DNA of 64,000 nt from the NCBI GenBank assembly GCA_964016885.1, contig OZ024742.1, positions 267,654,001-267,718,000 of the forward strand, in the 5' to 3' direction. Position numbers and translations under genes: made by a program. Below are positions 10,541-25,876 of this stretch, one piece after another. Each line of letters opens with the position of its first letter. Within the stretch, counting starts at the first letter, position 1. This DNA is from Eledone cirrhosa. Taxonomy: Eukaryota. The notes below the pieces were generated by a model. That model worked only from the letters and a program-made list of their open reading frames with translations. It was not told the origin of the DNA and made no database searches.

Positions 10541-13500
10541 TTAACTTTGATAGGTTTCGGCCTGTATTGGCCCAGGCCATGTCTAACTTAATAGCACCAC
10601 CTGTCGAAGTCTTCCAACTCAGTGTTTGGGCACCATGACCCACTCGAGCAGAGATTTATCGCTTACGGGGGCATATCCGGGTGTAGGAGGCTTATCTGTG
10701 ATTTCTTGAAGGAATTTATCCAAAGACTTCTTGAACTTGATGGGGGTCTGTCTCTGCTTTGATGTGTCTTGGTGTAATGTTAAAGAGTGCGGGGCCAATT
10801 GAGGTAAAATAATTGTGCCGTATTGTTGTTATATGATGTGAGCAGGATTTTTGTCGTGGGCGGATAGCACGGGGCCCAAGCCTTGGGTGTACACTAAAGG
10901 TGATGCCAACCTTATTTGGGCAAAGCTGATGGAATATTTTCCACATCATACAGATAATGTAGCGCTCACAGCGACGTTGGAGAGAATAAAGTTTGTGCTT
11001 TTCTAATCGACTCCAATAATCAAGGCCTGTCATGCCATCTATCTTTTTTGTAATTGACCTTTGGGTTGCTTCAACTTTTATGGGGTGACCACAGTGGACC
11101 ACAGTATTCAAGGTGGGGTCGGGCAAAAGTGGAGAAGAGAAGGATAACAGTGTGGATATCTCTCGACTGGAAAGTTCTAAGATTCCAGGAACACATTCTG
11201 CGGGCCATACCAACTTTGCTGTTTATATGTGTGGCCCAGCTTATGTTGTTGTCCACAATTACTCCCAGGTTTCTGATGTTATTGGATGCCACTAGAGTTT
11301 CACCCGAAGGAAGAGAGTATGGTAGTTTCAGGGCATCCTTTTTTTTTAGTGGATTAATTCAAATTTGAATTTATCCTCATTCAACAGCATATTATTCATT
11401 TCTGCCCATTGGCTAAAAGCCAGTATGTCTGACTTAACGCAACACCGGTTATCCACCGCATTGGTGATCCTTTAAGAGCTTGGAATCGTCTGCGAAGATT
11501 ATGATGTTGCTGTGCTTGATGATGTCAGTAATGTCATTAATGTAGATGATGAAAAGAAGTGGGCCCAACACAGTGCCTTGTGGGACGCCACTGCTGTCTT
11601 TGGCAGGGCTTGCTTTTGCTCCTTCGACTACAACATGTTGGGTTCTGTCTGTCAGGAAACATTTGATCCACTGTAGTAACCCTCCAGAGACACCAACATT
11701 GGATAGTTTTTTTCAGTAGAATATTATGATCAACCATGTCAAGGTAGATGACATCAGTGTTGCAGCCCTCTCCCAAGGCTCTCAAAATATCGTCAAAGTG
11801 ATGCAGGAACTGCGTTAGGCAGTCCCTTCCATTACGGAACCCATGTTGGTTGGAGTTCAGCAGGCCATTGTTTTCAAGAAAGTGGGTTATTCTTGATCTC
11901 ACCACCCTCTCAAATATCTTGATAATATGAGAAGTGTGTGAGATCGGACGGTAGTTCACTGCAAGGGACTTATTTCCCTTTTTGAAGACTGGGACAGAAA
12001 GTTTTCAGGAATATAGCCAGTGTCCAGTGAGTTCCTCCACAGATTAGCAAGAGGAGATGCGAGTTGATGTCTACAGACCTTCAGTACACTAGCAGGGAAC
12101 CTGTCTGGGCCTACTGCTGAATTGTGTTTAATTTCGTTTATTGCCGCTAAGATATCAGGGGCGCCAAACGTTATGTCTGATATAGTGCGTTGGAGATTAA
12201 CATCACTGATACGGCCCAGATCGGCCCTATCAGGATTGCTCTAAACAGAGCACTATTGTTTCTGCAGTATCTCGCCCATGGTTTTGGCATTGTTCTGGAG
12301 TGTGCCATTTTCATCAACTAGGGGGCGAACAGTGGAAACGGTGACCTTGTCTTTTTTAGCAGATGAAAATAACACTTTGGGTTGAGTTTGATTCTCTCAA
12401 TGGCCCACCTCTCTTCAGCTATACTCTGGTTATTGATGATGGTAATCATGCATTGCTGGAGGTTATATTTGTTTGACTCAAGCAGGGTGATAGCCATTGA
12501 ATGTGTGTGTTGCTGTTGCCAGTATTTTAGTGTGTTAATTTTCTTGTTTGTTCTTTTTATTTTTCTGATAATTGTTTTTCTGTTTTGGGGGATACTGCAC
12601 TTGGTTTTGTTCACAGGTTTTGGGGGGATGTGTTTTGTACATATATTTGTGACAGTGTCTACGAAGATCTGCCAAGATGTTTTGATGTTGGTGGAAGTGT
12701 GTGCTTGTGTAAAAGACCAGTCGACATGTGATAGTTCGTTCATAATTGCATCGCAGTTGGCATTGTAGAGATCCATGTTATCAAATGGGTGGGCTGGACA
12801 GAGGACCCTGGGATTAGCTTTCGGCTGGTGGAATCTCAGGTTACAAAGAACCATGTCATGGTCTGAGAGACGGGTTTTTTCCACTGTAATATTATGTATA
12901 GTGTTAGTCTGGTTACTAAACACTAGATCCAGAATTTTCTTCTGATGCCTCGTTGGTGCAAGGACAAGTTGGGACAAGAAAAACTCATTCATGAAGTCAA
13001 GAAGTGACTCGACAGCTTCTTTGTCAGTGGTTGAGGCTGTGGAGCCTGGTTTCAAACTACATGTAGACCAATCAACACAGGGTAGATTAAAGTCTCCCAT
13101 CAAAAGTATGTTACTAGAATGGCACTGTTTACTAAAGCATTTAATACTGTTGAGGCACTCTTTGAAGCAGATTATTGGTGTTTGTGGTGGCCTATAGAGC
13201 CCAACTAATGTCAGGTCATTGGCTTTATTCTGCACAGTGACTGGCTCACAGTATCCATTAGAGAATGTTGGGTTGCCATCTGCCGTAAAGGAATCATGCA
13301 GGAAAATGGCAGTTCCACCCTTCCTTCTGCCAACACGAACCGCACGGATGTTGAGAAATTTCTCACACTTACTTCGGCCTCCAAGTGGGAGTTGTCAAGG
13401 TGGGTCTCAGTAAGAATGAAGAAGGGGATGTGAAATGGATGGTTACCAACCCAACCCTCAATGAATTGGATCTTCCATTTCTGTGCATTGATGGATGGGC

Positions 13501-14970
13501 TGATACTTTGTGTATTGAGTAAGAATGTGGAGGCTAGTGTGGTGGCTGATTTTGACTGTTGCATGGGGCTTGTTTTGTGATTGTGTGTTAGTGACAGCAA
13601 GGACGGTGTTGGGTGATGGCTAAAATGTTTTTCTCTATCTCTTTTGCCAGGTTCATGGCTAAAAAAGAAAGATTTCTTTTTTCTTCAGGGAGCAGTTTTT
13701 GATTGGATTTGTGGTTACAACATTTGATAGGGTTGCAGTTCCCTCTTTTTTGTTGTATTTGTTGTAATTGTGTCTTTGTGAAAAGACTGGAGCAGCGTTA
13801 TTTTTGATTATTATTGTATTTGTTGTTGTTGTAATCGTGTCTTTGTGAACAGACTGGAGAGGCATTACTTTTGTTGTTTTTGTTGTTGTAAGCATGTCTT
13901 TGTGAGGAGACTGGAGCAGCATTACCGCAGCAGGGGTGGCTTTATTGTGGTTTGTGGTTTGTGGGTTGGCATGGAGCCTTTTTTTCTGTTCGTGCGTTGT
14001 GTCCCAGGAAGATGAGTGAAGGGACAGCCAGTCAGCAGACATAGCCTCTCACGTAGGGAATTTTGGCAGATTTGGGGACTGCGCCTATACGTGCGGGCAG
14101 CGTGCTTTGGTGTTGGCTGGCGGTGTTAGTGCGCCTAGTACCCGGTAAATGGGTAAATATACAGTCGCTACTTGTGCATAACCTCTGACGTAGTGAGTAG
14201 CGGCATATTTTGGGGTTTCTAGTATGTGCAGTGTGGGCTGCATACAACTCCATAGATTTTTAAAAAAGTTCTTTTGACTATGGCATGGTTGTGGTGGTGA
14301 TGTGGGGGAAGAAAGCATTAGCGGTGATGATGATGATGACAACTGTGGTGGGAGAGAGAGCAGTGGTCCACTACTAGCAGCGGATGTGGCAGAAGATGGT
14401 GACGGTGGTGATGGTGATGGCGATAATGATGGCTGAGTGAGTGGATGAGGGATACTGTCATTCAGTAATTCAGCTATTATGCTTGAATTCAGTAGTGGTT
14501 GCTGCTGGTTTTCTGGCTGTTTTTGTTGTTGTGGCTGTTGATGTTGCTGTTGTTGTGTTTGTCCAAAATGGTTTTGAATTAGTTTGAAAGAGACTTCAAC
14601 ATGCTTTAGTTTGTTGTGTATCTGCTTAGCTGACCTCGTGGTAAATGTATGAACTTTTTTCCAGCAATTTCATTCAGACACGACGCATTTATGTTTATTG
14701 TTTGGGACAGAGAAAACCATGTGTTTTTTAAGAGGTCAATTTCATTTTCAGACCAATTTCATCCGTTGTGGGCTTGCTGGTTAGTAGTCATATTTATTTT
14801 TGTTTAACCTTGTGTGCGTTTTAAGATATGTGTTATTTGATACGTGAGTGAGACTTTGGTTATTTGAAGAAATTAAAGAATCGTGTATATATATTCTCTC
14901 TTATAGGATGTGAGGATGGTTGTTTGAGGATGTTAATAGTTTTTGGTTATTTGGTTGTTTGAAGATATCC

Positions 14971-14972
<2 letters not shown>
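10541..14972 (-). mobile_element. CR1-group LINE copy 2, near full length and heavily frameshifted
   Basis: APE and RT fragments homologous to copy 1. The ORF1 remnant has a Cys/His finger (PKICRYSLRQRLCTSSDCIFTH). Both ends abut (TA)n. Confidence 0.9.
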
Positions 14973-15062
<90 letters not shown>

Positions 15063-15256
15063 GGGTAATAGGAACCAGTAAGACCCCGACGGCTGAGCTC
15101 AAGCCGTTTCGACGGCTAATTCTTGACGTCCAGAATTAGCCGTCGAAACGGCTTGAGCTCAGCCGTCGGGGTCTTACTCGTTCCTATTACCCACTCTACT
15201 ACCCTAGATATTGGTGCGTTATGGTCCACCTGGTTCCTTACCACATTTCCTTCGTT
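15063..15256. mobile_element. Short fold-back element containing the 3' part of a hammerhead on each arm
   Basis: ~60-bp near-perfect inverted arms centred at ~15127, motif gccgucGAAACggc...gccGUCgggg, and a ~62-nt extra tail on the right arm. Confidence 0.75.
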
Positions 15257-15302
15257 ATATATATATAATATATATATATATTACATATATATATAATATA
15301 TA

Positions 15303-15353
<51 letters not shown>

Positions 15354-15540
15354 TATAATATATATATATATATATACATATATATAATATATATATACAT
15401 ATATATAATATATATATATATTATATATATATATAATTTATATATATATTATATATATATATAATATATATTCTATATATATATAATATATATATATAAT
15501 ATATATATATACTATATATACTATATATAATATATATACT

Positions 15541-15583
<43 letters not shown>

Positions 15584-15587
<4 letters not shown>

Positions 15588-16537
15588 AGCAGTAAAGCCC
15601 GGCGTTGCTCGGCGTCGCTCAGTAGCTGTGTTAAAGTTACAATGTTAAGTTTCTTTTTTGGCTTAAAAACTGTAGTGTCTACTGTGCAGACTTGCATGTG
15701 GTGTTTTTGATTAATATTCCCTCAAACAACAATATGCCTTATGAAGTTAAGAAAACATAACGATAACCCGAATGTTATAACAAAAGAGGATGCTGGGGAT
15801 AAAAACTGCACTGGTTATTTATTAACAAAGATCGAAAATGTAAACACTGCAACGCAGATAAAAACATTAGTAACCAGATTATCAGTTATGTCTGTCTGCA
15901 CGCCTATATCACCTCTCTGCACGACTGTCTGTCTGCACGCCTATATCACCTCTCTGCACGACTGTCTGTCTGCACGCCTATATCACCTCTCTGCACGACT
16001 GTCTGTCTGCACGCGTATATCACCTCTCTGCACGACTGTCTGTCTGCACGACTGTCTGTCTGCACGACTGTCTGTCTGCACGACTGTCTGTCTGCACGCC
16101 TAACGACGAAATATTTGCTTGTTTTACGTAGTCTTTAAATAGACTTGTTTTCAAATAAAAATATTGTTTTAAAATGCTTTTAAATGGAAATGAAGCAAAA
16201 CGGAAGCTTAGTGTTCGAACTGATGAATTTTGCAGGTCAATATTTTGCTGGCTCGACAACTGTTCGTGTATTGTGTTAATGTCATTTTAAACGCTGAGAA
16301 AGCCAGCGTAATTTTTTACGTAAGACGCTCAATGTAAACAGAACAAAGTGAAATAACTGATAACTTACGTTATATTAAATTTCATTATATATTATATTCG
16401 ATTTCGTCACATAGGGTGGGTCAATTTGAAATATTTTTTTTCCGATGTCTTCGCTAGGGCTCAATGTACAAGTATAGCAATTTCGGTGCAATTCCGTGAG
16501 AGATTCTAAGAGGAGATGTGTGCCAAAAATCGATAGA
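15584..16537 (+). mobile_element. Probable non-autonomous Helitron/Helentron-like element with an internal minisatellite
   Basis: Starts tactagcagtaaagcccggcgttgctcgg (ACTAG end plus subterminal hairpin). Contains 37-bp and (ctgt)n repeats at 15890-16100 and is cut by the assembly gap. Confidence 0.55.
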
Positions 16538-16737
16538 NNNNNNNNNNNNNNNNNNNNNNNNNNNNNNNNNNNNNNNNNNNNNNNNNNNNNNNNNNNNNNN
16601 NNNNNNNNNNNNNNNNNNNNNNNNNNNNNNNNNNNNNNNNNNNNNNNNNNNNNNNNNNNNNNNNNNNNNNNNNNNNNNNNNNNNNNNNNNNNNNNNNNNN
16701 NNNNNNNNNNNNNNNNNNNNNNNNNNNNNNNNNNNNN
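16538..16737. other. Assembly gap (~200 N)
   Basis: Run of n. Confidence 1.
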
Positions 16738-18612
<1,875 letters not shown>

Positions 18613-18614
18613 CA

Positions 18615-18922
18615 TTTCGTTTCTGAATTTGCTTCGCAAGATTCTTTATCTGAAAACGTCTGTTGAAACCGATATTGTTATACTTTGGGAGGGTCATGTT
18701 GCCAATAATATCCACACGCACCAGCTGCTTTCACTTCAATTTATTATAATAAATTTATTAATTTAGGAATTTATAAATTTCCGGTTGGTTGGTTGGTTCC
18801 ACAACCAGATGGTTGTTTATATATTGTCAAAGTTGTTTCGTCACACATTCTGTGACCTCTTCAGTGACTGCGGATTCTTTTCTTTGTTTTTTGTGCCTCT
18901 CCTTTGTTCTGTCCTACGCCAT
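18615..18922 (-). mobile_element. Family A HHR element, diverged copy (HHR at 18826-18868)
   Basis: Collinear with 9394-9705. Minus strand reads guca CUGAAGA ggucacagaaugugugac GAAAcaacuu ugac. Confidence 0.85.
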
Positions 18923-19210
18923 CTGAAAACCTAATCTATGTTTTGGCCTGCTCAGGTTGTCAAGAGCACTACATAGACAGACAAAAAACAGCCTCCGACA
19001 ACGTATCACCATAGATCACAAATAAAAATACAGGAATACAGAAAGATTGCGTTCAGTGAACATATCGCCAATTGTGTACCTAACCAACATCCAAACTTTA
19101 AAATTTTCCCCATTTACAAATTCATAGACAACGCTTTTTTCATCCATCGTGCCAATAAGGAAACGTACTTCATTAAAAAATTCAAGCCTCTACATAATGG
19201 ACTAAACTTC
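18923..19210 (+). pseudogene. Decayed GIY-YIG endonuclease C-terminus of a Neptune-like PLE
   Basis: Across frameshifts reads NLIYVLACSGCQEHYI..QTKNSLRQRIT..EYRKIAFSEHIANC..NFKIFP..RANKETYFIKKFKP..NGLN. Confidence 0.75.
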
Positions 19211-19909
19211 AGACTAAACTAAATCTGGAACGAACAATGAACGACAACCAAATCCCTATGCCTCTCTAAAGAGTTACCCCCTACACCCTATATATCTATA
19301 TATACATCTTATATAAATTGTATACTCTCTCTCACTTCTCTCTCACCTACCTGACCACTCTGAATTACCTCCCCCTGCATATTAACTCTCTAAAAACGGA
19401 AATCATATCAAACACCAGACTACCATTTGCCTCCATAATGGATCAACTAAGCACTCTTGCTATAATAACACATTTTGAACTGATTGTCTTCAAGAACTAT
19501 GCCTGTCAATAATATTATTTTTTATTTCCCATTAACCTATTATGTTCCACATTACAGACCCTTTTTACTTTTTTGTTTTCACTTCAAAAACCTTGTTTGT
19601 AAATAACATTATTCTTTCTTCACCATTTCCTTAACATGTTCAACATCACCATTTTACACCAATCCATATTCCCCCCTTTTGATAATGCATAAAATGATGA
19701 AACCGTTAATAGACAATTATTTAATATATAAATAAATAAATAAATGCCATTGTTAATTAATAAATAAATTAACTAATACCTCAACACTTCACATAAAGTA
19801 AAATATTTTGTTTTAAACATTTTCTAACCCAGAAAAAAAGGGAAATAAATAAAAAGGAAGAAAAAATATTTTTCTTCCTGATAATCGTCTTTTTCTCCCT
19901 ATTTTCATA

Positions 19910-19966
<57 letters not shown>

Positions 19967-20066
19967 ATAGGGAGAAAAAGACGATTATCAGGAAGAAAAA
20001 TATTTTTTCTTCCTTTTTATTTATTTCTCTTTTTTCTGGGTTAGAAAATGAAGGGGCACACGAGTT

Positions 20067-20130
<64 letters not shown>

Positions 20131-20155
20131 AACTCGTGTGCCCCTTCACCACATT

Positions 20156-20241
<86 letters not shown>

Positions 20242-20324
20242 ATAATATATATATATTATATATATATATATATAATATATATATATATATTATATATATA
20301 TATAATATATATATATATAATATA

Positions 20325-20362
<38 letters not shown>

Positions 20363-20390
20363 TATATATATAATATATATATTATATATA

Positions 20391-21049
20391 AGTATGTACA
20401 CGTAAATACATATATGTATACAGACGTACAGTAATATGTATATATATATACATACATGCACACATATATATATGTACGTATGGATTCACCGAACATTTAT
20501 TATAATGCTCGGTGTGTTTGTAAACAAACATAAGGTATTAAGGCGTAATGTCTAGCAACCATCGTTGCTCGTTTGTTCAACACTGACAAAGGAACGCTGT
20601 ACAAGTTTCAAGCTTATTAGCTATCGTTTTCGGTGCACCCGGCAGATTAACCCACTCGATATGCAAATTGGCCTACTCAGCCGTTAATATTGCATAAGGT
20701 AAGTATATACATTCAACTATTTGGCAGGAAGGTATACGTTGCTGACGATAGCTAATAGGCTTGAAACTAGTACAGCGTTTCTTTGTCAGTCTTGAACAAA
20801 CGAGCAACGATGGTTGCTAGACACTACGGGTTAATACGGGATGCTTGTTTACAAACACACCGAGCATTATAATAAATGTTCGGTGAATCCATACGTACAT
20901 ATATATATATATGTGTGCATGTATGTATATATATATATACATACTACTGTACGTCTGTATACATATATGTATGTACGTGTACATACTTATATTAAAAGTA
21001 ACAGCCGTACTAAGAGTGGGAAATGAAATTTCGTTTCATTTTTTCCGTA
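20391..21049. mobile_element. Family B HHR element with a long inverted left arm (HHR at 20736-20778, + strand)
   Basis: 20391-20627 mirrors 20745-20988. Motif acguug CUGACGA uagcuaauaggcuu GAAACUAGUA cagcgu. Confidence 0.85.
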
Positions 21050-21160
21050 TATACATTATATATATATATAATATATATATTATATATATATATAATATAT
21101 ATATTATATATATAAAAATATATAATATGTATATTATATATATATATATAATATATATAT

Positions 21161-21200
<40 letters not shown>

Positions 21201-21280
21201 GTTGAGTATATGTTGATTGTTTACCGTCACCAAATTTTAAAATTTGACTTAATTATTTGATTTTACACACACATATATAT

Positions 21281-21334
<54 letters not shown>

Positions 21335-21766
21335 TAAATATATATATAAATATAAATATATATACATATATGTAAATATCTTTAAGTCGTTTGGAATCCC
21401 CGACAATGCAAATTTGTAAATCTCCGGGTAACAAGATCCGGTGGTGGAGAGAGAGATGTAAGTGAGTGTACGTTGAGATGCGTGGTGTGTATAAGACGTG
21501 TAGAAGAATGAAGGAAAGTGTATAAAGGATAAAATAAAAATAAGATAAAATAAGATAAAATAAAAATAAGATAAAATAAGATAAAATAAAAATAAGATAA
21601 AATAAAAATAAGATAAAATAAAAATAAGAACACCTTGGGAGAGATTAAAATGTCTCTATATATTTCGGATTCACATCCATCAACTGGGTTTTTTTTCCGG
21701 GGTAGGGGAAAGATTGTCTGTCGGAAAGGTGCGAAACGCGCCCTCTGCTGTTTGTTGTTTTGAATA

Positions 21767-21837
<71 letters not shown>

Positions 21838-21911
21838 AAAATAAAATAATAAAGTCAAGTATTTAAAATTTGGTGACGGTAAACAATCAACATATACTCA
21901 ACATTTATATA

Positions 21912-21963
<52 letters not shown>

Positions 21964-22018
21964 ATATATATATATAATATACTTATTATATATATTTATA
22001 TATATAATATATATATAT

Positions 22019-22072
<54 letters not shown>

Positions 22073-22225
22073 ATAAATGCTCTGAAATAGCGATATATAT
22101 GTGAATATAGACATAGAATATTCGAAAATATTCTGTATGTTTATAATAAACATTTTGAAGACCTAATCGCTATAGAATAGAATACGTCACGTATTACAAT
22201 TAGATTCTCGATAAAAGCAAGGGAA

Positions 22226-22268
22226 GTAATCTACGCGTTTCATTCTCGTTAGAAATCATCAGGACTAC
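22226..22268 (-). ncRNA. First of 12 minus-strand minimal type I hammerheads (every 310 bp to 25678)
   Basis: Reverse complement of 25834-25876. Confidence 0.9.
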
Positions 22269-25200
22269 ATATCCAGTGCTTTTATCGAGAATGACACAGC
22301 TAGAGACTTATAGAATACTTAGCTGTGTACAGGAACTGGTTTGAAAGAGCGGTTGCCGGTCCGGCAGAAATTAGAAATTGGAATAAATGCTCTGAAATAG
22401 CGATATATATGTGAATATAGACATAGAATATTCGAAAATATTCTGTATGTTTATAATAAACATTTTGAAGACCTAATCGCTATAGAATAGAATACGTCAC
22501 GTATTACAATTAGATTCTCGATAAAAGCAAGGGAAGTAATCTACGCGTTTCATTCTCGTTAGAAATCATCAGGACTACATATCCAGTGCTTTTATCGAGA
22601 ATGACACAGCTAGAGACTTATAGAATACTTAGCTGTGTACAGGAACTGGTTTGAAAGAGCGGTTGCCGGTCCGGCAGAATTTAGAAATTGGAATAAATGC
22701 TCTGAAATAGCGATATATATGTGAATATAGACATAGAATATTCGAAAATATTCTGTATGTTTATAATAAACATTTTGAAGACCTAATCGCTATAGAATAG
22801 AATACGTCACGTATTACAATTAGATTCTCGATAAAAGCAAGGGAAGTAATCTACGCGTTTCATTCTCGTTAGAAATCATCAGGACTACATATCCAGTGCT
22901 TTTATCGAGAATGACACAGCTAGAGACTTATAGAATACTTAGCTGTGTACAGGAACTGGTTTGAAAGAGCGGTTGCCGGTCCGGCAGAAATTAGAAATTG
23001 GAATAAATGCTCTGAAATAGCGATATATATGTGAATATAGACATAGAATATTCGAAAATATTCTGTATGTTTATAATAAACATTTTGAAGACCTAATCGC
23101 TATAGAATAGAATACGTCACGTATTACAATTAGATTCTCGATAAAAGCAAGGGAAGTAATCTACGCGTTTCATTCTCGTTAGAAATCATCAGGACTACAT
23201 ATCCAGTGCTTTTATCGAGAATGACACAGCTAGAGACTTATAGAATACTTAGCTGTGTACAGTAACTGGTTTGAAAGAGCGGTTGCCGGTCCGGCAGAAA
23301 TTAGAAATTGGAATAAATGCTCTGAAATAGCGATATATATGTGAATATAGACATAGAATATTCGAAAATATTCTGTATGTTTATAATAAACATTTTGAAG
23401 ACCTAATCGCTATAGAATAGAATACGTCACGTATTACAATTAGATTCTCGATAAAAGCAAGGGAAGTAATCTACGCGTTTCATTCTCGTTAGAAATCATC
23501 AGGACTACATATCCAGTGCTTTTATCGAGAATGACACAGCTAGAGACTTATAGAATACTTAGCTGTGTACAGGAACTGGTTTGAAAGAGCGGTTGCCGGT
23601 CCGGCAGAAATTAGAAATTGGAATAAATGCTCTGAAATAGCGATATATATGTGAATATAGACATAGAATATTCGAAAATATTCTGTATGTTTATAATAAA
23701 CATTTTGAAGACCTAATCGCTATAGAATAGAATACGTCACGTATTACAATTAGATTCTCGATAAAAGCAAGGGAAGTAATCTACGCGTTTCATTCTCGTT
23801 AGAAATCATCAGGACTACATATCCAGTGCTTTTATCGAGAATGACACAGCTAGAGACTTATAGAATACTTAGCTGTGTACAGGAACTGGTTTGAAAGAGC
23901 GGTTGCCGGTCCGGCAGAAATTAGAAATTGGAATAAATGCTCTGAAATAGCGATATATATGTGAATATAGACATAGAATATTCGAAAATATTCTGTATGT
24001 TTATAATAAACATTTTGAAGACCTAATCGCTATAGAATAGAATACGTCACGTATTACAATTAGATTCTCGATAAAAGCAAGGGAAGTAATCTACGCGTTT
24101 CATTCTCGTTAGAAATCATCAGGACTACATATCCAGTGCTTTTATCGAGAATGACACAGCTAGAGACTTATAGAATACTTAGCTGTGTACAGGAACTGGT
24201 TTGAAAGAGCGGTTGCCGGTCCGGCAGAAATTAGAAATTGGAATAAATGCTCTGAAATAGCGATATATATGTGAATATAGACATAGAATATTCGAAAATA
24301 TTCTGTATGTTTATAATAAACATTTTGAAGACCTAATCGCTATAGAATAGAATACGTCACGTATTACAATTAGATTCTCGATAAAAGCAAGGGAAGTAAT
24401 CTACGCGTTTCATTCTCGTTAGAAATCATCAGGACTACATATCCAGTGCTTTTATCGAGAATGACACAGCTAGAGACTTATAGAATACTTAGCTGTGTAC
24501 AGGAACTGGTTTGAAAGAGCGGTTGCCGGTCCGGCAGAAATTAGAAATTGGAATAAATGCTCTGAAATAGCGATATATATGTGAATATAGACATAGAATA
24601 TTCGAAAATATTCTGTATGTTTATAATAAACATTTTGAAGACCTAATCGCTATAGAATAGAATACGTCACGTATTACAATTAGATTCTCGATAAAAGCAA
24701 GGGAAGTAATCTACGCGTTTCATTCTCGTTAGAAATCATCAGGACTACATATCCAGTGCTTTTATCGAGAATGACACAGCTAGAGACTTATAGAATACTT
24801 AGCTGTGTACAGGAACTGGTTTGAAAGAGCGGTTGCCGGTCCGGCAGAAATTAGAAATTGGAATAAATGCTCTGAAATAGCGATATATATGTGAATATAG
24901 ACATAGAATATTCGAAAATATTCTGTATGTTTATAATAAACATTTTGAAGACCTAATCGCTATAGAATAGAATACGTCACGTATTACAATTAGATTCTCG
25001 ATAAAAGCAAGGGAAGTAATCTACGCGTTTCATTCTCGTTAGAAATCATCAGGACTACATATCCAGTGCTTTTATCGAGAATGACACAGCTAGAGACTTA
25101 TAGAATACTTAGCTGTGTACAGGAACTGGTTTGAAAGAGCGGTTGCCGGTCCGGCAGAAATTAGAAATTGGAATAAATGCTCTGAAATAGCGATATATAT

Positions 25201-25833
25201 GTGAATATAGACATAGAATATTCGAAAATATTCTGTATGTTTATAATAAACATTTTGAAGACCTAATCGCTATAGAATAGAATACGTCACGTATTACAAT
25301 TAGATTCTCGATAAAAGCAAGGGAAGTAATCTACGCGTTTCATTCTCGTTAGAAATCATCAGGACTACATATCCAGTGCTTTTATCGAGAATGACACAGC
25401 TAGAGACTTATAGAATACTTAGCTGTGTACAGGAACTGGTTTGAAAGAGCGGTTGCCGGTCCGGCAGAAATTAGAAATTGGAATAAATGCTCTGAAATAG
25501 CGATATATATGTGAATATAGACATAGAATATTCGAAAATATTCTGTATGTTTATAATAAACATTTTGAAGACCTAATCGCTATAGAATAGAATACGTCAC
25601 GTATTACAATTAGATTCTCGATAAAAGCAAGGGAAGTAATCTACGCGTTTCATTCTCGTTAGAAATCATCAGGACTACATATCCAGTGCTTTTATCGAGA
25701 ATGACACAGCTAGAGACTTATAGAATACTAATTTCTGCCGGACCGGCAACCGCTCTTTCAAACCAGTTCCTGTACACAGCTAAGTATTCTATAAGTCTCT
25801 AGCTGTGTCATTCTCGATAAAAGCACTGGATAT

Positions 25834-25876
25834 GTAGTCCTGATGATTTCTAACGAGAATGAAACGCGTAGATTAC
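25834..25876 (+). ncRNA. First of 4 plus-strand minimal type I hammerheads (also 26144, 26454, 26764)
   Basis: guaguc CUGAUGA uuucu-aacg-agaau GAAAC-GC-GUA gauuac, with predicted cleavage after 25870. Confidence 0.9.
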
